NCBI GenBank assembly: GCA_951406725.2
Contig: OX597815.1
Location: forward strand, 1,364,001-1,428,000
Direction: 5' to 3'
DNA: 64,000 nt
Source: Octopus vulgaris
Taxonomy: Eukaryota
A program made the translations under genes and the position numbers. Positions 11,512 to 24,400 of the stretch are shown here, in pieces; the stretch's first letter is position 1; the number at the start of each line of letters is the position of its first letter. The notes beneath the pieces are model-generated. The model ran no database searches. It saw only the letters and a program-made list of their open reading frames with translations, and was not told the origin of the DNA.

Positions 11512-14500
11512 CTGGAACCAGTAATTAATAAAGTAATTACGATAACTAATTAGTTAATTGGGGCACCTCCAAATTAGCCTCATATAGTTAAGGGACATCA
11601 AGCTGGTGAATCCTGTTACATCTTACCAAATTTGGTCTTAATTCTCTCAGGTTAACCAAAGACCCCCTTGAATCCATGACACAAAGTGTCTTTCTTTTAA
11701 AACATTCATCATGGTGCCACGTAAAAAGTGCTGGGGTTGGTGTCACAAAAACAAAAAACAAACATACTGATGCTGTTGCCATGTAAAAAGCATCTGTGAA
11801 GTGTTTGGGGGTTAGGAAAAGCATTCAGTTGTAGGAAAACTGCCAAACAGACGATGGAACCTAGTGTAGCTCCTGTCAAACCATCCAACCCATGCCAGCA
11901 CGGAAAACAGACGATGGAACCTAGTGTAGCTCCTGTCAAACCATCCAACCCATGCCAGCAGGGAAAGCAGACAGAAAGAAGTATTCAACCTGCACCTGTC
12001 GTAGAACAGAAGATGCGACCTGTTTGCGTAAAAAGGCAGCAGCTTGGCCGGGAATGCCTTCCTCGTCTCTGAGCTACAAACCTTCAGTTCAAGTTACATC
12101 AATCACTCTTTGGGTAAATGGTTAAAGAACAAAAGAAAGAAACTGAGGACAGAATCGCAGAAAAGCGAACTGGAGGAGACTTAGAGGTCAGCCATTAGTG
12201 AGATGGTCAGATTAGGTTTTGGTTGAGAATCTATCTGGAACATTTGCTAAGGAACTTCTGGAAGGGCAAGTTTGAGAACTCTGAGCCTACAACCTACACC
12301 AGAATAAGGGGGCAATGAAAACGGAAGTTTTTAATAAGGATGTAAAAATCATTTACTACAAACAAATATGGTAAAGGCACTGATAACAAAAGCATTCTTT
12401 GATGCCAAACTAATTCTTCAGTTGGTCACAAAAAAGAGGTAAAAAAAAAAATGTCAGGAAACCTGGACAAAAATAATTTAGGAAAATTCTTTAACTTTAT
12501 GAAAATAAAAAATTTGTGACTGAGTGGTAAGAAGCTAGCTTTCCACCCACAGAGTTTTGAGTTCAGGCCCACTGCGTGGTATTTTGGGCAAGTGTCTTCT
12601 ACTATAGCCTCAGGCCATACAAAAGGCTTGTGAGTAGATTTGGGAACTGTAAACTGAAAGAAGCCCATCGTGTGTGTCCGTGTGTCCTTGTTTGTCTCCC
12701 ACCAGTGCTTGACAACCAGTGTTGGTGTGTTTACATTCCTGTAACTTAGCAATTCAGCAAAAAAGACTGATAGAATGAGTACCAGACTTTAAAAAGTACA
12801 AGTACTGAAGTTGATTCCTTCAACTAAAATTCCTCTAGGTTGTGCCCCAGCATGGCCACAGTCAGATGACTGAAATGAGTGGAAGAAGAAAAAGAAACAT
12901 TTTACCTGAGATTCTGAGTCCCGAAAATGAGTGAAAGAGGCATTGTGTGAGCAATAAACGCAGACAGCAGACAGCTTGTCTACCCTTTCAGCATGTGAGA
13001 TTAAGGATAAGATACCCGGGTAACCCTGTTGAAGTGAAGCAAAGACAAGAACAGATTAACAAAAGAGATAAGCATCAGCAGTTCAGCTTAAGTTGGTTGA
13101 TAATCTTACATTAGTATTAAAAGATGTTTATTATTATTATCATGTGCTGGTGGCACGTAAAAAGCACCAACCGATTGTGGCCACTGCCAGCCTCCCCTGG
13201 CACATAAAAAGCACCCACTACACTCACAGAGTGGTTGGCATTAGGAATGGCATCCAGCTGTAGAAACACTGCCAGATCAGACTGGAGCCCGGTGCAGCCT
13301 CCTGGCTTCCCAGACCCCAGTTGAACCGTCCAACCCATGCTAGCATGGAAAGCAGACATTATTATTATTATTATTATTATTGTGAGTACTTCCACCCTCT
13401 GAGCAAGGGTGGAAGTACTCACAAGTAAATGTACCACACTGCATAATCCCTTTCTCATTCACATGTTCTCTTTGCAGACCTCCTTGATATAAAACAAAGG
13501 GTTTAGTTTTGCAAACCCCAATTCTATTTGATTTCCAATTAAATTGGGTCTCAATGAAATATGCTGGCCCAAGATAACAGCACTAACTGGCTCACTACGT
13601 GGACATGAGTTCAAACCTTACTAGAGACACAATGGCTAACCCGGCAGGTGTGAGTGAGTTCAATATTTACAAAAGGAATTATAGTTTTGTAATCCGGTAC
13701 AAGACATAAGACACAGTCTGTGTGGCTGTGAGAAGGACCCATACCTAAAATGTACAGAAGACATCCACAAGGGGAGACAACTGTTTCAATAACATACGAA
13801 TGAAGAAATTTACAAAAAAAAACCCATTCCATTGTTAGTTCTGCTAGCTTGAAGAAACCATCATCATTTAACATGTTTTCAATGCCGGCATGGGTTGGAC
13901 GGTTCAACAGGAGCTGTACCAGGCGCCAGTCATCTATTGTGGCAAGATTTCTATGGCTGGATGCCCTTCCTGATACCAACCACTTTACAGGGTGGACCGG
14001 ATGCTTTATACATGGCACCAGCAGTAATAAACATCCAAACCTGATCTCTGGTGGTTTAACAACAACTTACCCCTCCAACCTGTCTCAGAGACCCTGAAAA
14101 CAGTCATGGCAGCTGTGCCCCCTGACTTCAGGTTATTAAAAGTAAAAAAAAAAAACCCACCAAACTACTGTTAGCTCCCCCATTTTAGTAATAAGAAGGG
14201 ATCTAAGTGCAGCTGTTACCTTCTTCAGGTGGGTAGAGTCACGTCCGGCAACGATTACAGTTTTACCTTTGTCAGCCAAGTCATTGGAAAAAGATGCAAC
14301 GGCGTCATACTGGAATTAAAAAAAGAGCAATGAGAGAGAGAGGGAGGGAGGAGAAAGTTGGAGGAAAGGATGGAGAGAGAGAGAGGGGTGGGGAGAGAGA
14401 GAGGTGGGGAGAGATGAGAATAGAAACAAACACCCAATATTGACTGACAATCTGGAAATTATGGACAGGATTTGAACTCAAAACAAAAAGATGTTATTAA

Positions 14501-17500
14501 AAGCTACAATACATTTTATTCCCCATGCGACAATCCACCCATGCCATCACAAGCTAAAACCTCCTTCAATCACATCATTATCATTTTAATGTCCAGCTTT
14601 CTATGTCTGCATAATTCAGACAAAGTCTGTGAAGATTTTTAGCAGCCGGATGCCATTCTGTCACCAACATTTGTTTGTTTCCAAGGGAGCTAAAATTTGC
14701 CAAAGGAGGGCATGCGTGATGTGTATGAACATGTCAGTGTATATGTATGTCATCATCATCATTTAACGTCCACTTTCCATGCTAGCATGGGTTGGACAGT
14801 TCAACTGGGGTCTGGGGAGCCCGAAGGCTGCACCAGGCCAGTCAGATCTAGCAGTGTTTCTACAGCTGGATGCCCTTCCTAACGCCAACCACTCCGAGAG
14901 TGTAGTGGGTGATTTTATGTGCCACCGACACAGGTGCCAGACGAGGCTGGCGAACGGCCACGCTCGGATGGTGTTTTTATGTGCCACCGACACAGGTGCC
15001 AGACGAAGCTGGCGAAATATATATATATACACCATCCAAGCATGATCATTGCCAGAGCAGTCAACTGGCTTCCATGCCAGTGGCACATAAAAGGGCACCA
15101 TTCGAACGTGATCGTTACCAGCGTCGCCTTACTGGCACGTGTAAACAGATTCGAGCAAGGTCATTGCCAGTACCACCTGACTGGCCCTCGTGCCAGTGGC
15201 ACATAAAATCACTCACTACACTCTCGGAATGGTTGGCATTAGGAAGAGCATCCAGCTGTAGAAACTCTGCCAGATCAAGATGGAGTCTGGTGCAGCCTTC
15301 AGTCAAAATCGTCCAACCCATGCTAGCATGGAAAGCGGACGTTAAACAATGATGATGATATACACACAAACACATTATCATCATCATTTAAAGTCCATGC
15401 TGGCATGCTGCACCAGGATCCAGTCTGATCTGGTGTGGTTTTCTATGGCTGGATGCCCTTCTTAATGCCAGAGTAATGGGTGCCTTTACATGCCATTTGC
15501 GTGGCACCAGTATCTGCCGTGACTGAGATTTTGCTTGGCTTGATGGGTCTTCTTATATATATAAATAAAATATATATATATATATATATATGCAAGTAGT
15601 TGATAGCATCTGTTGCCTGGGTGACAAGTCGGATGCTCCGAAAGTGTAGCTGCAAGAATAAGAATAGCCTGGGCAAAGTTCAGAGACCTCTCACTCAGAG
15701 TAAAAGGTAGACTGTATGACGCATGTGTGTGAACAGCCCTGCTACATGGCAGTGAAACATTGGCTGTGATTGCTGAGGAGATGCGTGGGCTTGCAAGGAG
15801 TGAAGCCGATATGCTGCACTGGATGTGTGACGTCAGTGTGCATGCAAGACGGAGTGTGGGCACCCTAAGAGAGGGCTTGGACTTAGGAAGTATCAAATGC
15901 GGTGTGCAGGAGAGACAACTACACTAGTGTGGTCATGTGTTACTAATGGATGGGGACGGCTGTGTGAAGGAGTGTCACACCCTTGCAGTTGAGGGAGCCT
16001 GAAGAAGAGGTGGACCCTGGAGGACGTGGGATGAGATGGTGGAGTGTGATCTTCAGGCGTTGGGCCTAACTGAGGGAATGACGAGTGACCGAGGTCTTTG
16101 AAGGTGTACTGCGCTTGTGAGGACCTATTGAGGCGAGGTCGATGTCGTGGCTGATGGCGGTGCCACCTGATTGGCACCCATGCCAGTGGCTCGTTAAAAG
16201 CACTATTTGAGCATGATCATTGTCAGTGCCACCTGACTGGTTCCCATGCCAGTGGGACGTAAAAAGCACCATTCAAGAGTGGTCGATGCCAGGCCCGCCT
16301 GACTGGCTCCTGTGCTGGTGGCACGTAAAAAAGCACTCACTACACTCTCAGAGTGGTTGGCGTTAGGAACGGCATCCAGCTGTAGAAATTTTGCCAGATC
16401 AGATTGGAGTCTGGTGCAGCCTTCTGGCTTGGCAGCACCCAGTCAAACCGTCCAACCCATGCCAGGATAGAAAGCAGACGTTAAACGACGATGACGATGA
16501 CAATATATATATATACACACACAGACACACACACTTTGATAGGTTTCGGCCAATATTGGCTTAGGCCATATCTAACTTAATAGCACCACCTGGCAAAGTC
16601 ATTCAAATCAAGAATTGGACGACGTGGCTCACTCAAGGAGAGAGTTATTGTTTGCAGAGACATATCTGGGATTTTTTGAAGGAATTTGTCCAAAGACTAC
16701 TTAAACTTTATGGGGTCTCTTTCTGCTTTCGTAAACATACACACACACATATATATATATAATCATCGTTTAACGTTTCCATGCCGGCATGGGTTGGACG
16801 ATTGATTGAGGGCTGGCAAACCAGACGGCTGCACCAGACTCCAATCTGATCTGGCAAGGTTTCTACAGCTGGATGCCCTTCCTAATGCCAACCACTTCGT
16901 GAGTGTAATGCGTACTTTTACATGCCAGTCAGGTGGTACTGGCAACGGCCACGCTCAAATGGTGTTTTTTTATGTACCACCTGCACAGGAGCCAGTCCAG
17001 CGGCATTTGCTATGACCTCGCTCGAATGCTTTTTTCACGTGCCATTATATAAATATATAAACATATATGTGTGTGTGTGTGTGTGTATAATTTTGATAAC
17101 TTTGAAAGGTTTCGGCCAGTATAGGCCCAGGCCATGTCTAACTTAATAGCACCACCTGGTGAAGTCTATTCTTCACATATGGGGCACCATGGCCCACTAG
17201 CAAAGAGTTATTATTGTTGGGGACATATCTGGGTGCATATACCTAATTCGTTGAATGTGCCACTGAAGAAAGGGCAATTATGCCTAAAATATGCATATAC
17301 ACTCATCACCTAGCTTTCTGTCTTCAATCACATTATTTACATGGACGTATTCATATATGAAACATAGTAATTTGCGATGCTGGCTCTGAATTCTATAGAA
17401 AATGTCCAGAGATAAACTTAGAAATGTACATTATATAGCCTGTGTGTATGCCTATGTATTGTGATGACAGTACGCGATTCCTGTATAACAAGACACACAA

Positions 17501-20500
17501 AATCCATATTGCTCTTTTCTTCCTTCATAAAAGCAGCACAACACAAAACAAGATTTTCTTCCTGACATATCGCCTACATATATTTTCAATAATCACTCAT
17601 TCAGGGTCTGACCTAGGGTTAAGCAACAAGCAAGTGGTTTCACCCAACAATCATTCCTACTTACACAATGTCCATCGTCAATACCAATCACGTCGTATTG
17701 ATCAGCAAGTTCCAAGTACGTCTCCAGTGGTTTTCTTTTCGTCTGATCAATCAGTCTGAAAGTGGAAAAGAACAGTTTCGCTGTGTCACGATAAAAGACA
17801 AATAAGAATGGGGGGCAAAAGCGACAGGCTGAGTCTGGACAGAAAGGAGGGGGGGGTTAAGGGAATGATGACGATGATGACAACATACCACATGTGGCAG
17901 AAAACCCATCAAACCCATGCAAACAAGGTACAAAAAAAAAAAAAAACCGGGTGGATGATGTTAAAGCTGGTTAATTACCTTTCCGAGTCCTGTTCTATGA
18001 GAAAGCAGCGAGATTGAGCAATCTTGTACCTTTGAATGCGAAGATTCAGTTCAGTTCTGAAAATAGAAAAAAAAAAAAAAAAGTGAATAAATACTGCTTT
18101 AATATACACATAGAGGAATATATGCATATCTACACATCTTCCTTCACACACTTATGGGGCACCACCCCCTTTGTCCTTTCTCTAATATTATTACTACCCC
18201 ACACTGTTCCCTGAAGCCAAGCCCTGCCTCTGTCTCTCTCCCATCTTCCTGGTCCTGCTGAAGTAGCCAAATATTTCCTCTCTAGTAAGAGGGTTACCTC
18301 TGTCCCACTATTGTACTCTAATCTCTGTTTCATTCCTTCTCTCTGCTGAGAGGTCCTTGTCTTGTGAGCTCATGAGTGTTGGCACCACACAAAAAGCTCC
18401 CAAGCTGGTGTGACATAAAAAGCACCCAGTGTACTTTGTAATGTAGTTGTCAGTAGGAAGGGCATCCAGCCATAGAAACCATGCCAAAACAGACAATGGG
18501 AGCACGATACAGCTCTCTGACCTTACCAGCTCCTGTCAAGCCATCCAACCCATGCCAGCATGGACAACAGATGTTAAATGGTGATACACACACACACACA
18601 CACATATATAATGTGATTTTCATCACTGTTTTAATGCCCTCTTTTCCATGCTTGCATGGGTCAGATGGAGTTTATTGATGCAGATTTCCTATGGCTGGAT
18701 GCCCTTCCTGTTGCTAGCTCTCACCTGTTACCAAGCAAGGAAATACATCCCACATGGCCAAACATGTTTTCCACAGAATGTTGGAGATGAATCACATTCA
18801 TTTACAACAATTGTCTAATGTGAAAACGTGGAGAGAAACACACACAACCAGCTTCTTTCAGTTTCTGTCTACCGAATCCATTCACAATGTCTTGGTCAGG
18901 TTATGTAGTAGAAGACACTTGCCCAAGGTGTCACACATTGGGACTGAACTCAAAACCACGTGGTTGGGAAGCAAGCTTCTTACCAGACAGCCACACCTGT
19001 GCCTTGCTGTTTAACCCTTTAGCATTTAAACCGGCCAAAAGTATTCTGCCTGTTTTATGTTCAAACTGGCCAGATCTGGTCTTTCACACCAACCCTACAA
19101 TATCATTCTAAAAATTAACAGCTACCTCATCAAAATCTCATTGCTACAAGATTAATGCCTGATTAGTTCAAGGCAATTTGGATAAAAAGGGATTAATTTT
19201 GGCAGAATAATGCGAACACTAAAGGGTTAAACTACATCCCTTGCAATAGTTTGAACTTGGTAGCCAAATGCCTTGCTTTTGTTGTCTTAATGGTGTAATG
19301 AGATGACACAAACATGTTTTCAATCTGCTCATCCTTATCCTTGACTTTGTGAAACATCCATAAAGTCACAGCTACAAGGACAGAGAACCACTGGAACTGG
19401 AGAACAGTGAAATGAAGGGCCATGCTCAAGGTGTCACCTAGTCGGGGGAAATGAACGAGTCAAATCTTGTGTTGACGGAGCCAATTAAGGGCCATACACC
19501 TTTGCATGCTAAATGGAGAGAAATAATTATGGTGGATGTATTTTATGGAGCGGTAATCCATAATTATGCAGTAAGGTAGAGATGTGGTTAAAGAATTAAT
19601 TTCCCAACCATGGCTCAGTCCTGCTGCCTGGTGTGTGGAACAAGTGTTTTGTGTCCTAAGCTGACTGAAAAGCCTTGTTTGTGGATTTGGCAGACGGAAC
19701 TGAAAAAGCCCATTGTGTGTGTGTGTGTCCTTGTAACTTAGCAGTTTGGCAAAAGAGACTAATAGAATAAGTACCAAAGTTAAGAAAACAAATAAAAGTA
19801 AATACTGGGGCTGATTTGTTTGACTAAACCCTTCAAGGCAGTGCCCCAGCATGGCCACAGTCCAATGACTGAAACAAGTAAAAGATAAAAGGTATGTGCA
19901 TGTCTGTGAGTTGGGGGTCTTCTTGTCTCGACCCCACATGATGGCTGTAAATGAACACCACCATCATACAAGCGAGGTTGTTCATTTCCAGCCTTCTGTG
20001 GAAGGGCAGCCAAACGTTGAAAATCTGCCTTGACAAATTCTGTCCGTGGTTGTTAAGTGAGGATAAAGAAAAGACAACATTAGCTCATTAACTAATATAA
20101 TTCTAATTGTTTCAGTAAATAATGGGAGACAACTCTAGGCATACTTCAATCTAATTAGACTTCCTTAGCAAAACAAACTTCACTGTAATAGAGATGAGAG
20201 AATTAGGAGGTAAATGTTTCAAACCACTGCTAAAATCATCATCATCATCGTTTAACGTCTGCTTTCCATGCTAGCATGGGTTGGACAATTTGACTGAGGT
20301 CTGGCGAACCAGACTCCAATCTGATATGGCAGAGTTTCTACAGCTGGATGCCCTTCCTAACGCCAACCACTCCGAGAGTGTAGTGGGTGCTTTTACGTGC
20401 CACCAGCATGAGGGCCAGTTAGGTGGTACTGGCAACGGTCACGCTCAAATGGTGCTTTTTATGTGCCACCTGCACAGGAGCCAATCCAGTGGCACTGGCA

Positions 20501-23500
20501 ACAACATCGCTCGAATGTTTCACGTGCCACTAGCACAAGTGCTAGTAAGATGACGTGGCAATGATCACGCTCGAATGGTGTGCTTAATGTGCCATCGACA
20601 CAGAGGCCAGCTTGTTGCTCTGGCAACAATCTCACTCGTATGGTACTCTTAGCGCTCCACTAGCAACAGATGCCAGTCACCGAGTTTGATAAACAAGATA
20701 TTTTATTATATTCTTCAGTATTTTTGAAATGAATTGAAACAATGTGTTTCTCAAGAAAAGTGTTAAAAAGCATGGCCACAGCTCGTGGGCTGAAACTAGA
20801 TAAAATAAAAAAATAGACCTGGTTGTAATCACAACCAACATTCCCTTTCAGAGTCACAAAATATTCCATGAATTGTGAATAAGCGCCAACCACCAAACAG
20901 ACACACACGCCTACTAGTCACATGATGAGGGCCGTTTCCCAGGTAAACAGATTAATGTTGCAACGGCTACACACACACACAATATTCCCTCTGACAGACA
21001 AACATTTATAGACCTATTTCTTTACTACCCACAAGGGGCTAAACACAGAGGGGACAAACAAATGGATTAAGTCGATTACATCGACCCCAGTGCATAATTG
21101 GTACTTATTTAATCGACCTTTATAGACCACCAACAGTACAACTATTTGTCTACTAGTATGTTGTATTGTATCTTCTGCTGAGGAAGAAAAAGAGAAAGAA
21201 GAGGAGGAGAGGATTAGCTGTCCAATGTAACAAACTGATGCAAAAGACGTGACCAAGGGACGTGATGAATCTCAGAATGAAATCAATGTTGTTGTTGAAC
21301 TTACGTTTTTCCGCTCAACTTGGGACCAATTATCACCTGAAAAACACCAGATTCAATTAATACAAAAAAATGATGAACTGGTAAGAAATATAAAATCTAT
21401 AATATAAATTGGACGTGGGCGATTGTTGTATTCTTTCTTGTCTTGAGGTTCACAGCCAAACGGTTGGGTGGATTTGTGTGAAAAATGGCACACATGTGGA
21501 GATGGGTGCATAGATTGGAATGCAGCTTGTATTTTTTTCCTAACTCCCATACTTACCGAGAGAATTGATTAAAACTGCTTCTAATGGAATTTCCCTCGTT
21601 CTTCTGCCACTAAAACAACCAGTTGCTTAGAAGCTGTTTTCTGACAGGGTGGGGTTAGGAAATTTTCATATAGCTGGAAGCTTCATTTGAAACAGGGGAC
21701 CCGAAATGACAAGGTTGACAAATGCTGTTATAGATTATGCCTAACCGCAAACGATCACAGCCACATCACCCAAACAGACCGGGTGAAACCGGGCTTAGCT
21801 GCTAGTGACATATAGAAAAGCAATATAGAGAAATACAGAGTGAAAATATATATAATCATCATCGTTTAACATCTGTTTTCCATGCTGGCATGGGTTGGAT
21901 GGTTCGACTGGGATCTGGGAAGCCAGGAGGCTGCACCAGGCTCCAATCTGATCTGGCAGTGTTTCTACAGCTGGATGTCCTTCCTAACGCCAACAACTCT
22001 GAGACTGTAGTGGGTGCTTTTTACGTGCCACCGGCACAGAAGCCTGTCGGGCGGCACTGGCATCGGCCATGTTCAGATGGTGCTTTCTATGTATTACTGA
22101 CCTAGGAGCCAGACAGGGCAGGAGGGCTGGCATCGACCATGTTCAGATGATGCCTCTTACGTGCCACTGGCAGCACTGGCAACGACCCACGCATGAATGG
22201 TGCTTATTGCGTGCCACCAGCACGGGATCCAGTCAGATGACACTGGCATCAGCCACAACTAGAATTTCCAATTTTCATTTTGAATTGATTGAGATTCTAA
22301 TTTTGATTTTTGATTGGCGAGGTCATTGCCGGTGCCACTGGACTGGCTCCTGTGCAGATGGCACATAAAAAGCACCATTTGAGCATGGCCGTTGCTAGTA
22401 CCACCCAACTGGCCCTCGTGCTGCTGGCACGTAAAAAGCACCCACTACACTCTCGGAGTGGTTGGCGTTAGGAAGGGCATCCAGCTGTAGAAACTCTGCC
22501 AGATCAGACTGAAACCTGGTGCAGCCATCTGGTTCACCAGACCTCAGCCAAACCGTCCAACCCATGCTAGCACGGAAAGCAGACGTTAAATGATGATGAT
22601 GAATGACAGGAGACCGAGACCTTTGGAGATATGCTGTGATTGAGAGGACCCAGCAACTAAAGTGAGATTACCGCCACACATGTCTGGCCCAGTTACGAGG
22701 ACCCCTGATGCGTTTGTGTGATATGATATGCTTGAGAAGACCTGTTGAGTCAAGTAAAACCAATATCATAGCTGTGGCCAGTGCCTCCTGACTAGCTCCC
22801 CGTGCCAATGGCATGTAAAAAGCACCATCGAACGTGGCTGATGCCTGTACCCCCTGACTGGCCCCAGTGCCAGCGACATGTAAAAAGCATTATCCAAACA
22901 TGATCAAAGCCAGGCCTGCCCAACTGGCTCCTGTGCTGCTGGCGCATAAAAAAGCATCCACTCTCAGAGTGGTGGGCGTATTCTTTACCTTCGCCATATA
23001 TACAGATAGATAGATAGATATGAATAAACGGATAGGGATAGACAGACAAATAAATAGTGAAAAGTTAAAAATTTAAAATTGGGGAGGGGGTGAAATTTGA
23101 GCCCCTTATTAAACTTTATAACAGTAATTATTAAACATATTAACGTTTGTTTCTCATAGAATGGTGTACATTTACGGAGATGTATTTGCATAGCAAGTGA
23201 CTTGACCCAAGATTGTGTGCTGAAACATATTTAATGTATATTTACGGTTATTTAAGGCAAACACATTCCACTCTAATGTTTTTATCGATATTTAATTTCG
23301 ATTTGTAGATGTTTGTCGATTTACTACGATCTCTTTAAGGTAAACAAAATCAATGGGGGGGGGGGGGTTGCATATTCGTAATGTCTAATATCTAAAGTTT
23401 AGGTATTCGAAAACCCTTTTTCAAACCAATGCATTTTTCAAAGAGAGGTGCGATTCTTCATTAGCTCCGATAGATAGATAGAAAGAGATAGATAGATAGA

Positions 23501-24076
23501 TAGAGATAGATAGAAAGAGATAGATATATAGAAAGAGAGATAGATAAATAGATATAGATAGACAGAGATAGCTAGCTAGATAGAGATAGATAAATAGATA
23601 TAGATAGACAGACAGGTATGTGGTTGACGGGGTTTCTTAACACCAACAACATTAACCTGTAGAAATATAGTTTTTATATCAAAATTAGATATTTAGTTTT
23701 TTCTATATATTTCTGTCTCTTCCTAGATATATTTTTATGAAGTCGGTGTTCAGACTTGCTTCAGAACAATTTCGGTTTTGACAAATAATTTATTAATGAT
23801 AAGATATAGAGGAAGAAAAAGAATTTTAATTGAACTTATTCAAGCATTTTTATATTTATAATAGGTTTTTCTTACGTAAAAGTCTCATTCGCCTAAGCAG
23901 ATTATTTTCAAGCATTGAAATTAATGTCATCGTGGCAAAGTTTGAAAAGTTCGTTACAAATTATTTTTTCGACATTAAAAACTTTGGGTTAAGTTTGGAT
24001 AAAACAGTTAAGTAAAATATATATAATTTACCTGAATTTCCCCTCTTTTGCTCTGATTTCCTTCCAAAGAGAGCAT
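11170..24076 (-). CDS. TK1: Thymidine kinase 1 family protein, divergent (candidate pseudoenzyme); 7 exons, 265 aa
   Basis: join(24032-24076, 21305-21336, 17979-18056, 17665-17755, 14220-14309, 12906-13025, 11170-11511), all GT-AG and in frame, 798 nt. Reads RGEIQVIIGPKLSGKTTEL, DVIGIDDGHC, GKTVIVAG, KLSAVCVYC, YEPVCRRCF, colinear with TK1 motifs. May be a paralog rather than the ortholog. Confidence 0.88.
12906..13025 (-). CDS. TK1: TK1-like exon 6 (GYPGILSLISHAERVDKLSAVCVYCSHNASFTHFRDSESQ)
   Basis: caacag / gtaaa; 120 nt; first Zn CxxC. Confidence 0.88.
14220..14309 (-). CDS. TK1: TK1-like exon 5 (YDAVASFSNDLADKGKTVIVAGRDSTHLKK)
   Basis: ttccag / gtaaca; 90 nt; homologous to [30 protein letters not shown]. 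Confidence 0.88.
14748..15360. mobile_element. Inverted pair of RTE 3'-end copies (one of >20 such tails in the window)
   Basis: Consensus (CAT)n-TTTAACGTCCGCTTTCCATGCTAGCATGGGTTGGAC...CTACAGCTGGATGCCCTTCCTAACGCCAACCACTC. Other copies near 10.2, 13.2, 16.8, 20.3, 21.9, 22.4, 25.9, 27.7, 32.8, 34.0, 39.4, 39.9, 41.1, 42.3, 47.0-47.6, 56.3, 60.4 and 63.2 kb. Confidence 0.8.
15595..16500 (+). mobile_element. 5'-truncated RTE-clade LINE (ORF C-terminus + 3' UTR + GAT tail)
   Basis: ARIRIAWAKFR, KGRLYDACV, LLHGSETL; 3' UTR with ~62-bp subrepeats; ends GTTAAACGACGATGACGATGA. Confidence 0.8.
17665..17755 (-). CDS. TK1: TK1-like exon 4 (...YDVIGIDDGHC)
   Basis: ctttcag / gtaagt; homologous to VIGIDEGQF. 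Confidence 0.88.
17979..18056 (-). CDS. TK1: TK1-like exon 3 (TELNLRIQRYKIAQSRCFLIEQDSE)
   Basis: ttttcag / gtaatt; phase 2 at both ends; resembles [20 protein letters not shown]. Confidence 0.85.
19011..19230. mobile_element. piggyBac-like MITE
   Basis: TTAA-CCCTTTAG...CTAAAGGG-TTAA; related copy in opposite orientation at 42985-43180. Confidence 0.7.
21305..21336 (-). CDS. TK1: TK1-like exon 2 (P-loop VIIGPKLSGKT)
   Basis: tttttcag acceptor, gtaagt donor, 32 nt. Confidence 0.88.
23468..23612. repeat. (GATA)n-type microsatellite
   Basis: Degenerate GATA/GAGA repeats. Confidence 0.9.
24032..24076 (-). CDS. TK1: TK1-like exon 1 (MLSLEGNQSKRGEIQ)
   Basis: ATG at 24076; donor CAG|gtaaat. Confidence 0.8.
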
Positions 24077-24388
24077 TTTGAGCAAAACGGTTCTGGACGT
24101 TAAATGAGGAAGAGGCGGAAGAAGCACCGACTTTTTTGAAACTGGTTTTTAATTACCCGCCAAACGAATTGAACTTTGACCCGATTGTTTTTAAGCTGAA
24201 ATTAGCGCTCGCTTTAGAACACGTACTCATAAAAATTCGTTTCTGTGTTTTTAATTTTTATTTATAACATTAAAAAATAACACTGATATTACAACAACAT
24301 TCTTAAAGCCTGGGTTGCTCAAATACGAAACTTTTACTGTGGAGTATGTATTTTGTTGACAACGAACATTCGCTTCCTTAGCAACAAG
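24077..24388. promoter_or_regulatory. Bidirectional promoter between TK1-like (-) and CCDC96-like (+)
   Basis: E2F-like TTTGGCGGG (minus, 24156-24164); CHR-like TTTGAA (24135-24140); RFX X-box-like GCTTCCTTAGCAAC (24372-24385); YY1-like CAAGATGGC over the CCDC96 ATG. No interspersed repeats in the interval. Confidence 0.65.
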
Positions 24389-24400
24389 ATGGCAGATGAG
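24389..24400 (+). CDS. CCDC96: CCDC96-like exon 1 (MADE)
   Basis: caagATGG context, GAG|gtattg donor. Confidence 0.6.

Noticed and set aside
11845-11965. 60-bp tandem duplication with a repeated ORF
   Set aside because: Local duplication of an RTE tail fragment within TK1-like intron 6.
17260-17295. Hammerhead-like CTGAAGA-stem motif
   Set aside because: The GAAA core is mutated (TAAA); at most a decayed PLE terminal remnant.
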